Shown one piece after another: positions 10,751 through 20,674 of a DNA stretch of 64,000 nucleotides. The notes under the pieces are model-generated. The model saw nothing but the letters and a program-made list of their open reading frames with translations, did not search any database and was not told the DNA's origin. The DNA lies in NCBI GenBank assembly GCA_043228905.1, contig JBHGNT010000001.1, forward strand, positions 4,154,001 to 4,218,000, in the 5' to 3' direction. Origin of the DNA: Azolla caroliniana. Its lineage: Eukaryota > Plantae > Polypodiophyta. A program made the position numbers and the translations under genes. Numbering within the stretch: the stretch's first letter is position 1; every line of letters starts with the position of its first letter.

Positions 10751-13700
10751 TCATTCCTCTTTTAAGATGTCGAGGATGTTTTCGGGGTCCGGGGTGGTGG
10801 CAGGGTGGTCTGGTTGGACTGTCCGTGCGGGGGGTTGAGTTTGATCCGGGGGTGTCATATCTTCTCGGGCGTCCACGTCAGGTGCGGCCGATTCTTCTGG
10901 TGGGGGTGTGGGTTCGAGGGCGCTGACCTCTACTTCGACTGGATCTGGTACCGTGTGGGCGTCCATGGGATGTCTGTTGGCCGGGGCAAGTTCCTCCTGT
11001 GCCGTGTCCGTGATCTCCTTGCTAGAAGGTTCTTCCTTCTGCTCTGTGGCCGTTGGAGGGCTGGTTGGGATGGCTGCAAGTTGTTCTCGTTCGAAGGCTT
11101 CTGCTTCCAGGCGAAACAACATCTGACCGTCATTGAAGTCCTCTATTATTTGCTCAATTGCCGCGGTGTGAGATTTTGCCAAGGACTGGTAATCCTCGGT
11201 TAAATCTGCACGCAGGTTTTGTATGCTGGCTTCGTCCATTTTGTAGAAGCCGCGGCCCTCCTTCCGTCAGTTCTCGGCGTCGACGCGTAAAATATGCAAT
11301 TCGGCAGCTTGGGCTGCCCATTCGTCTCCTGCACGACTTAATGTTTCCTCGACCTTTTTGGTAAGGTGCTGGCGTTGTTTCTCGATCAGTATTCTGATGC
11401 GTGTCTCATCCATGCCGGGTTGTGCTCGGATGGCTACTAATTCTTGTTTTAAGCCGTCGACCTCGGCCTGAAGCTTCTGTGCTCGTAGTTCATAGATGGC
11501 TTGAGTGTTCTTTGCATCCGCGGTTACGAGCTGGATAGCTTGCTCGTAACACTTGGTGAGTTCTTCGGTGGCTTGCTCCCATTCTTTTTGACACGCGGCC
11601 CGGACTTGTTCCCGTTCGACGATTCTCTCTTCTTGTAGGGCGAAGTAGGAATCCAATAATTCGTCTTTTTGCTCCGAAAGTAGCTTGCATTTGATGAAAA
11701 ACTCATCAGCCATTTCTTTAAGGGTCGTATGCTAACTCTGCAGCTCGGCATTCTCCGCGATCATTCTCTCCTCCCGTTGGCGATTTCTTTCCTCCTGCCG
11801 GTGGTTCCAGTCTTTCGCATTGTCGAGTGCGGCATGTAGGTCTAGGACCTCCTTCTCTTTCTTTGCCATTGTGGCTGCGTATTCCTCCAGCTTGCTTTTG
11901 AGTTCGGCTTCTTTGCCGGCAGCTTGCGCTTGAACTCGGCCTAGTGCTTCGTTCTGCTCGTGTATCCTTTGGTCGGCTTGGGCTCTAATCTCGGCCATCT
12001 GCTTGGAAGCTTCTTCTTTTAGGCGAGCCATCGCCTCTTGATGCCGTTGTTCGTGTCTCTCAGTTCGCTGTTGTTCTTCTTTAAGCTCCGCGTGGTAATC
12101 CCGAAGCGGGGGTTCTGTCTGGGTTGCCACCTCCTTGGGTGCACGAGGGGGTGGTATCTCGGTCTTCTCCATGGGCGTGGCCGCCTCGGTTGTTGTGCAG
12201 GCATCGACCATTTGTAACGAGTCCGTTTGTGTACTAGCCTACATCATCAGGATTGAATATGTGACGATGCTTTCATCCATCATTGTTATGCGTGGAGGGG
12301 CTGGGAGGGCCTCGGTGGTCATGACCGGAAGGCTCAAGAGTTGTTGTTCCGGCCGGTTTTGCTCCTAGGCTGCCAGCTTCTATTTCGCAGCGTGCCATAA
12401 TTCTGTAGCCATCTTAGCATGTTTTTGGGCTATTTTTATCTTTCGGGCCATGTCTTTGGCTACCGCGTAGTGCGATCCAGGTCCCTATATGCCTCAATAA
12501 GGGCCGTGTTCAACTCGGGGACCTCCATGAGGAGAGCAGCCTGTTTTTCCTGCTTCTTTCTCCCGATTTTTTGTAAAGCCCTGTCCTCCTGGGCTCAATT
12601 TCACCTATTAGCGCGCGTTGAATCATTTTTGTTTCGGCGTGCTCTTCCGCCATTCGAGCGGCTGCCGCGATTTGGGCTCTAGCAAGGAAGTCGACAAGCT
12701 CGAATGTCGTACCGAGGCGTAGGAGCGCACTAAATTCGTAAGCCTCCGCGGGGAGGTCCTTATACCGGAGGACTTCATCCTCCGATATCTGCGTTGTCTG
12801 CCCATGCTCGATCTTTCCCTAGTTCAGCGATGCCTCCCCAGGGATGATGGCGAGGTTGCTCTGTCTGACAAATAAGGCTTGCTCCTGTTGTGGCTCTTTC
12901 TGTTCTTCCGAGGACTCGCGGTTGAGTCGTCTTCTCTTGCTCGGCTGTGTTTGGGGTTCCGGGGCCGGTAGTGTCGTTTCCTCCGCCTGCTTCCTTTTCT
13001 AGGGTCATGGTGGTGCAGCCTGCTGTGTGTTGGGGCGTGGGCTAGGCCCTGGGGAAGTTACCGAGGGGCGCAACGTTGGCTGTCGAATGGTGACATCATC
13101 GGCCATGTTGTCTTCCGCGGCTACCTCCTCCTCCCATTCTTGGCAGGTCTCGGAAACTGCCCTTTTTTGTTGGGGTTGGGTGGGTGGTGGTGCAGATGCG
13201 GGGTTTTGGTCGGCGGCAAGAGGTGAAGGCGATGTGGGCTCCTCCAATGCTTCATGGCTGATGGCAACGAATTTATCTTTCTGCCTTCGTGGTGGTGGTG
13301 GGGACGTGAGTGTGCGAGGGGAAGGAAGAGAAGAGGGTGGGTATAGAACCATCAAAAAGAGGGTAAGAACAGACAACATCTTCTTACCGGACTGAAATGA
13401 AGCTAAGGCGGCGCGGAGTCCTTCGCTTGTGATGATTCCCCAATCGATTATGTTTCCTTCATACGCGCTGATGATGATGGTTGCCTTGTTCTGCGGCATG
13501 CTTGTTGGGTTCGTATGCATGAACGCATACTCCATTAATATACGAGCAATCTCCCCGAAAGCTCTGTTGGGACCACCATACGTGCGATATGCCTTCCCTG
13601 AGGCTAAGTACTCACCGAAATACGCTTTCATCTTCGATGCCGGGGGTATGTCGACCTCATGGTCCCCTCCCCGTTGCAGGTCCAAAACAGCTCGAAGCAC

Positions 13701-13844
13701 GTTGTTGGTGATGGCTTCGGGACTTATACGTTTAGCCACACCTTGGGCATCTGGGTGCGCGGGGGCATCGATGATCTTCAGGTAACCCCCCATTCCTCGT
13801 TCCTGGAGCCAGGCGCGGGTTTCTGTTGAAGCAGTAAGAGGCAT
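10751..13844 (-). pseudogene. Gypsy C additional sense-strand ORF downstream of integrase: globular N-terminus, Pro-rich linker, long coiled-coil region; broken by stops and frameshifts
   Basis: ORFs 13005..13844, 11732..12211, 11267..11713 and 10751..11239. The last three share one frame and are separated only by stops; sequence is E/Q/K/A-rich and heptad-like. Confidence 0.75.
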
Positions 13845-14365
13845 GGTGGAGATGAAGATGGGGTTCGACTGTGTGGAACGTGAAGAAGAGTGATGAGGCG
13901 AGGGCGAGACAGAGAAGGAACAGCAGGAAGGGGAAGTTCAGCAAAGGGGTTATGAGAGCGAAAGAGGGCTTCAGAGCAAGAGCGTTTAGTGCGATGAGAG
14001 CGAGACGGGGTTTCTGAGCTTGAGAGCGATGGAGATTGGGAGCGATAATGAACTTCTGTGTTTGTGCTGTGTTTTGGAAACGGTTTCAGTAACTTACTCC
14101 TAGGGTTTTGTGCCTGAAGCGAATCCTGAAGATTCTGAGTCGTGGGTGCCATAATAAGTGACTAGCACCACGTGTCCTGAAGGTGAGTGGGGTGCTTCTA
14201 GTGCTTTGCATGTGCTTAAATAGGTACTAAATGAGTGGTGGCAAGGGGTGCTCCTAAATTTGTGGGTGCCTAGGTGGGTGGTGTAGGTGTAGCTAATCGG
14301 TGGCTAAACTATGGTTAATCCTACCTACTACTACTTTTATTAATTTCAAGAAGGTGGGTGAGTCC

Positions 14366-16411
14366 TTATTCAGGGGGGCACGTGGCCTCCTCCGTGGTGG
14401 TCTCCCGAAACTCGTTTGTGCCATGTGGCTCGGTAAACGGGTTGGGTGGTGTAGTGCCTCGATATGGTCGAAGTCGAAAACCATTGGCCCAGCTTTTGAT
14501 AGTGTCACCGGCGAGTGTGCCGAGCTGGAACGTCCCGTTGAACTCGTCGATAATCCAGAATGGATCGGTCCACCGAAATCTTAATTTTCCCCGCATAGAC
14601 CCGAGTCGTGTTTGAAAAAGAAGAACCGGTTTGCCGATGGTGAGCTCCTTTTCCAGCCCGTGTCGATGTCGATCCACGAAAGCCTTGCGTTGCCGTTGCC
14701 GTTGTTCAAGCTGGGCTATACTCTCTCTCCTATCTTCGCCGAGTTCGAGGAGTTGTTCTAGCCGGTATTGCTCGGATTGGGCCTCGGGGAGCCGTGCTTT
14801 GATTTGAACTCGAAGGCTCGGGACTTGGAACTCGACGGGCATTATGGCTTCTAACCTGAACGCCATTCGAAAGGGGGTTGATTGGATGCTTGTTTTGAAA
14901 GTCGTACAATACGCCCACAGCGCGCTCTGGAGTTTGTCATCCCAATCGGTCCTATTTTCATTGACGATCTTCTTCAGTATGGTTTGGAGGATTTTATTGG
15001 TCGATTCCGCCCAGTCGTTCGCCTGCGAGTAGTATGGTGTGCTTTTCTTGTGCACCACCGCGTAGTGGTGTGTAAGCTCACGTATTATATGATTGATGAA
15101 GTGCCCACCTTGATCACTAACGAGCTCGATTGGGCATCCGTAATGGCACCAGAGGTGCTCGTACACAAATTTAGCCATGGATGCCGCCGTGTTATCTCGG
15201 AGTGTCTTAGCCTCGACCCATTTGGTGCAGTAATCCGTGGCAACAATAATATACCTATTCCCTGTTCGGGCCGCGGGTGGTTTGAAAGGGCCTACAAAAT
15301 CCAAACCCCATTTTTGAAATGGGTCCAATGGAAGAATCGGCTGGTGTGGCATCCGTGACTGTTCCATTGGTTGCCCCAGTCGTTGGCACAAATCGCACTG
15401 CCGGCAAAACTCGTGAGCGTCTTTCTTCGTTGTCGGCCACCACAATCCACTTTGCCAAACTTTCCTTGCCGTGGAATCCCCGGCGTAGTGCCCCCCAGCT
15501 ACTCCCTAGTGGGCTTCCTGAAGAACGGCGTTCTTCTCGAATTGTCGAATCGCTCGGCGCCAGATGTCGTCCGAGCCTTTGTGGTAGAGAATGTCCAAGA
15601 CGAGGCAAAAATTCCGGCTACGCACTGCTAGGCGTTTTCTCGTGTCAAGGGTCATGTGTTCGGGAGGTACACCGGTAGTGAGAAAATGGGTCATCTCCGT
15701 GATCCATTCATCTCTATTATCGTCTGGTATCGTGGTCAGGTAAAATAGGCTGGCGTCCGGTAGCTCGTCGTACGTTGTTTTCGCCGGTTCCCCTGACTCA
15801 AGACGGCTCAAGTAGTCGGCGATGGCATGTTGTACCCCGGGTCGATGCTGAATCTGGAAATCAAGCTCTTGTAGTAGGAGCATCCACCGAGCCAACCGTC
15901 CTGTGAGAGCTTGTTTATTGACCAAATAAAGAAGGGTCGAGTGATCCACGTGAAAGGTAAATTTTCGGCCCAAGAGGTAATGCCGAAATTTATTGATGCT
16001 ATAAATCATACCGAGGGCCTCCCACTCGGTGGTGGAGTAATTCTTTTCCGCGGTCGAGAGCTGTCGGTTGGCGTAATACACGGGCCTATACCAATTCGGG
16101 GGTGTGCATTGCATCAGGGCACTTCCGATGGCGATGTCCGAAGCATCTACAAAGACATGAAACAGTTCGGATCAAACCGGAGACTGGACCACCAGGGCAT
16201 GTGACAACATTCGTTTCAGGGTCTGATAGGCCGTGTCCTCGATTGACGTCCATTGGAAGGGAAGGCGATGGACTGCCGCATGTAAAGGTGTCGCGAAATC
16301 GGCCAGGTGCCGTATCATTCGGCTGTGCCACCGGATCTGTCCCAAAAAACGGCTTAGTGCCTTAGCGTTCGAGGGTGCGGTGGCGGTCAGGATTGCCTTT
16401 ACTTTATCCGG
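14366..16411 (-). pseudogene. Gypsy C RT end, RNase H and integrase
   Basis: RPVYYANRQLSTAEKNYSTTE..FHVDHSTL (RNase H); CRQCDLCQ, PFQKWGLDFVGP, VATDYCTKWVEA, LVSDQGGHF (integrase). Confidence 0.9.
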
Positions 16412-17107
16412 TGTCGGGGTTGCTACGCCCTTGCGTGCAGAAAGGAGGAGGGACCACGGGGGTCTTGGACCGAAGAGCAAGAGAGAGAGGAGTAAGAGAG
16501 AGAGACCCGATTACACAGAACCGAAGATTGCATAGGGACACGGCCCAACAAACAGAGATCACAAATAAACGCCGACGCAGATGGACGTAACAACGAAAGA
16601 TACGTACTTACGAATGCAAGAAAATAACAGACTAAAGTATTACAACCCACGGTGGGGCACGAAATAGATACTAATGAAAACGAACAGGGCGGCGAACAGA
16701 TGCCGACCCCTGTATGTCGCGACGCACAGAAAGGGAAAACAGGTCGGAGGTGCTGCAGGACGCGCTCGGGGTGTTCCACGGAACAGCGCAAGCCTCCTCG
16801 AAACCTGCACAGGTACGCGATGGAGCAGAAGACAGAGAAGGCAGGAGTGAGAGAGAAGCTCCGAAATCGGTTCGGCAGCACTTCGTCCTCTCCGCGCGAG
16901 ATCTCCCACTTCTAGTCTTCCTCTTCCTTTTTATAGCCCATCAAGAGGCCGTTTGGCATTAACGGCACACCAACCGAATCTACCCACCTAGGATCCTCGT
17001 ATGTACCTACTTCATCCTTAGGTACTTCTTGGCGCGCGTGTGTGTGTAAAGCCGTTTCCCACGCCTTGTTCCTCCGATTCCTCTTGTGGGCGGTTTTCTT
17101 CACGACA
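16412..17107 (-). repeat. Gypsy D 3' LTR
   Basis: Direct repeat of 22838-23533 (offset 6426). Confidence 0.97.
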
Positions 17108-17179
17108 TCCGCCCCCACCTAACCGCGCATCCACCGGCATGCGCCAAATTAAGTTGGCACGGAGAAAACCGGCCCGCCT

Positions 17180-20100
17180 TTACTCCTCGCCTGCCGGCCC
17201 TTCCTCGGCCTCGGATCGGTCGTCGCTGCTGTCCAGGAGAATCGGGTCGGGTTCGTCGTCGTGCCGCTTCTTGAAAGCTTTGATCCTCTTCCCGGCCACG
17301 GGTATCGCTATTCTCGTACCGTCGAGTTCCGCCAGATGATACGTCCCGTTGTCGTTGGCGCTCTGTACCGTGTACGGCCCGAACCATCTCCGTGCGAACT
17401 TCCGCGTTGCTCGGTGCTGGTTGTCGAGGCTGCTGTCGTAGACGAGCACCCAGTCACCTTGTTCGATCTTCTTCGGTCGGAGTCGGTGCGTTCGGTCGAA
17501 CCTGGCTTTGTTCTTTATCCTCGCCACTCGGATCCTTTCTGCAGCCGTCTCCACGTCCTCCGGTTTCCGTTCGAGTTGTCGTATACGCGCTGCCAACAAC
17601 TCCTCCCGGCTCATCTCGTCCTTCCAGTCGACCGTTGCCCATGAGGAGATTGTTCGTTCCATCGGCATGATCGGCCTCTGGCCGAACATGAGCTCTGTCG
17701 GCATGTACCCGGTTACCGAACTGTGCGTAGTCCGGTCGGCCCACAAAGCATAAGGTAGAAGTCGCGGCCAGTTACCGACTTGGCCTCCGCATGCCCGAAC
17801 CAGCGCTTTAACGATCGGCCCGTGTCCGCGCTCCACCTTCCCATTCGCCTCCGGGTTGTACGCAGTGGTGAGCGAGAGTTTGACTCCCAGCCGATCGAAC
17901 AGCTCCGCGGCTTCCTCGGCGTCCAACTCCCCTCGGTCAGCCACGATCTTCCCGACGCACCCGTACCGGCATATCACGTCCTCGATCAGGAACCGACACA
18001 CGGCCGCGGTCGTCTTGTTCTGAAGGGCTCGGCCTTCCACCTGGTTCGTCAGGTCTTCCCGCGCTAGGACCAGATACCGCATCTGTCCTACCCCCATCGG
18101 CATCGTCACCAGATCTACCATCCATTTGAAATGGATGGCCGGAGGGTACGTAGGGTGAAGCTCGTCTCGATGTCGGACTATGGAGTGCATCTGGCAGCTC
18201 TCGCAAGTTGTCACGAACCGATGCACGTCCTGGTACAATCCCGGCCACCAGTACTTCCCCTTCAGCTTCTCAAATGTCGCCCACGTTCCACGGTGTCCAG
18301 CCCAAGGGCTGTCGTGGTAGGCCGCCAGTAGCTCCTCCTGTTCTTCCTTCATCGCCACCACCCGGAGCGGGACGCCGTTCCTCTTCTTCGGGTGCTTCCA
18401 CAAATGCCCATCTCGGAGAAAGAATCGATATGCTTTCTTCCGGATCCGGTTGGCCTCGTCCTTCGTCCATGACGCATCGGGCGTCATTGTCTTCAAAAAC
18501 CCGCCGATCTGCAGCCACTCCCCGTCGTACTTGCTCGCGTCGAACTCATTAAGCGCCGGAGTGCTCATCCCGTCGGTCGTTATGTATGCCGCCTCGAAGA
18601 AATCCACGCCGACTTCTTCGTCTTCCGAAACCATGCCGCCCTCGTCGTCGAACCTCGCCCTCGAAAGCATGTCGGCCATGGCGTTGTCTTTCCCGGAAAT
18701 GTGTCGTATTTCCGGGTCCAGGGACTTGATGTACGCTATCCACCTGAGCATCGCCAGGTCCGGAGTCGCGCATCCGGAAACCATACCGAGAATCGGCAGG
18801 CAATCCGTCTCGATGATCACTTCTGTCCCTATCAGGTAGTCTTTGTCGGCCTTAACCGCCGAAACAATACCCCAGAGTTCGCGTTTAACCTGGGCGTATC
18901 CTCGCTGCCGTTCACTGAGGACTTTCGCGCCGAATCGGATCGGAAACCGATTGCCGTCCTCGTCTTCCTGGTTCACGACCCATCCGATCCCGGTCGGACT
19001 GGTATCCACCGTTATGAATACCGGGGTACCCTTCCCGTATACCGCCTTCCGGAGTGCCGGTGCCGCTGCAAGGGCCTCTTTCAGCTTCCGGACCGATTCC
19101 GCGTGCTCGTCTAGCCATTCGAACCTTCGCCCCTTTTTCAGCAACCCGTACAGTGGCTCCGCGACGTGTGCGTAATGCGGGATCCATATGTGGTAGAACG
19201 CGCATGCCCCCAGGAATCTCCGTACTTCCGTGACCGAGCTGCAGTCGGGCTTCATCGCGGAGATGGCTTCTACCTTTGCCGGAGACGGTTTCCGGCCATA
19301 TGGTCCGCACAGGTGTCCGACCACCATGATTTCTGACTGCCCGAAGGCCGACTTCTCCCCGGAGAAGGTGAGTCTCGCATCCTCTAACCTTTGCAGCACC
19401 TTCTCGCAGTCGTCGATGTGCGTCGCCACGAATCGCCGGCATCCGTCCGGCCCGATCGTCTCGTCCTTTTCTTCCACCGGGCATCCCTTGATCGGGATGT
19501 CGTCCAGGAACGGCATGGTGATGTCCGGGATACAGTCCCTCAGAACCTTGTTCATCGCGTTCACCATGTGGGCCACCGAGTTGGTCCCTCCTTGCGGCAG
19601 TGTACACATCCGAACTAGGCCGAGGGGAGTCCGCATCTTCGTAATGTCTCTGCTCTCCACGGCTAGCTGGAACTGGTCGTACCCTGAGTATAGATCCCCG
19701 ACCGAGTAAATTGACCTTCCGGCGAAGGCCTCCGCGAACTCGTCTATGGTCGGTCCGATCCCTGCGTTCCGAATGGTCACTCGATTGACCGGCTGCAGGT
19801 CCTGGATGAAGCGCAACGAACCGTTTTTCTTCGGTACGGTAAACCATCGATTCGAATATGGGGCGCTCGACGGCTCGAGAATTCCCATATCAACTTTCTG
19901 CCTCAGCAGCTCCATCAGCTTCGGGATGTGAGCTCTCGGAACCGGGATTGGCTTGAGATTCCATGGTACATGCGGTACCGTGAAAATCACCATCGGCTCC
20001 ACGATCGTCGGGTCAACGCACCCGATTTCCTCCGGCGAGAATGCGAAGGCTTTCCCGTGCCTTCCGAGCATTCTCCGAAACCGGTCTTCCTCCGCCGGCA

Positions 20101-20674
20101 GTAGGAACCCGCCCCCACCGATTTTGAGCTCTCGGAGCGTCTCGTCGGTGAAGGTGTGCCCTATGCAGGCCGGATCTCGTAGACTAGGGTCCGATGCAAC
20201 CCCTTTGATTCTCGACGCGCTGTCCTCCGGTAAGGGTGCCGCGACTGGCCTTACCTTCCGGTCCACAGTCTTGTACTTGGTGCTTACGTGGGCCGTCCGA
20301 ACCGACCCGAGCCCTCGACCGAAGTCCGCGATGACTTCGTACATCTCCTCGGAACACACCGGTATCGTCCGGTCTTCGTTAAGGCCTTCTTCGACTACCT
20401 TTCCCAGCATTCCCAAGGTGTCGTCGAATGAGACCGCCTCCACGGCTCCGTTGATTTCCTCGTCAGGGCCGAGAACTCCGCACGCTCGAAGTCTCCCCTC
20501 CGCCTTTGTCTTCTCTCGGCCGCCGATGCCGACTATCGTACACGCTCCGCTGTCGGAGAACAAAAATTCCCTACCTATGGTACAAGGTTTCTTCGGTTTT
20601 ATCGTACAGGTGTGGGGTTTTCCCGGGGTGTCCGGACTGTCGCGGCCCCACGCCTTGGCAGCCCTCTCTAAAAA
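17180..20674 (-). CDS. Gypsy D Pol (RT, RNase H, integrase), in the -1 frame relative to Gag-protease
   Basis: RFIQDLQPVN, DLYSGYDQ, LPQGGTNS, PFLDDIPIKG (RT); TVDTSPTG..KRELWG..ETDCLP (RNase H); H..GH..CESC, WMVDLV, VADRGE, NGKVER (integrase). Frame is open from 20683 with an upstream TAA at 20684-20686. No chromodomain seen. Confidence 0.92.
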   Translation of the reverse strand, partial: FLERAAKAWGRDSPDTPGKPHTCTIKPKKPCTIGREFLFSDSGACTIVGIGGREKTKAEGRLRACGVLGPDEEINGAVEAVSFDDTLGMLGKVVEEGLNEDRTIPVCSEEMYEVIADFGRGLGSVRTAHVSTKYKTVDRKVRPVAAPLPEDSASRIKGVASDPSLRDPACIGHTFTDETLRELKIGGGGFLLPAEEDRFRRMLGRHGKAFAFSPEEIGCVDPTIVEPMVIFTVPHVPWNLKPIPVPRAHIPKLMELLRQKVDMGILEPSSAPYSNRWFTVPKKNGSLRFIQDLQPVNRVTIRNAGIGPTIDEFAEAFAGRSIYSVGDLYSGYDQFQLAVESRDITKMRTPLGLVRMCTLPQGGTNSVAHMVNAMNKVLRDCIPDITMPFLDDIPIKGCPVEEKDETIGPDGCRRFVATHIDDCEKVLQRLEDARLTFSGEKSAFGQSEIMVVGHLCGPYGRKPSPAKVEAISAMKPDCSSVTEVRRFLGACAFYHIWIPHYAHVAEPLYGLLKKGRRFEWLDEHAESVRKLKEALAAAPALRKAVYGKGTPVFITVDTSPTGIGWVVNQEDEDGNRFPIRFGAKVLSERQRGYAQVKRELWGIVSAVKADKDYLIGTEVIIETDCLPILGMVSGCATPDLAMLRWIAYIKSLDPEIRHISGKDNAMADMLSRARFDDEGGMVSEDEEVGVDFFEAAYITTDGMSTPALNEFDASKYDGEWLQIGGFLKTMTPDASWTKDEANRIRKKAYRFFLRDGHLWKHPKKRNGVPLRVVAMKEEQEELLAAYHDSPWAGHRGTWATFEKLKGKYWWPGLYQDVHRFVTTCESCQMHSIVRHRDELHPTYPPAIHFKWMVDLVTMPMGVGQMRYLVLAREDLTNQVEGRALQNKTTAAVCRFLIEDVICRYGCVGKIVADRGELDAEEAAELFDRLGVKLSLTTAYNPEANGKVERGHGPIVKALVRACGGQVGNWPRLLPYALWADRTTHSSVTGYMPTELMFGQRPIMPMERTISSWATVDWKDEMSREELLAARIRQLERKPEDVETAAERIRVARIKNKARFDRTHRLRPKKIEQGDWVLVYDSSLDNQHRATRKFARRWFGPYTVQSANDNGTYHLAELDGTRIAIPVAGKRIKAFKKRHDDEPDPILLDSSDDRSEAEEGPAGEE

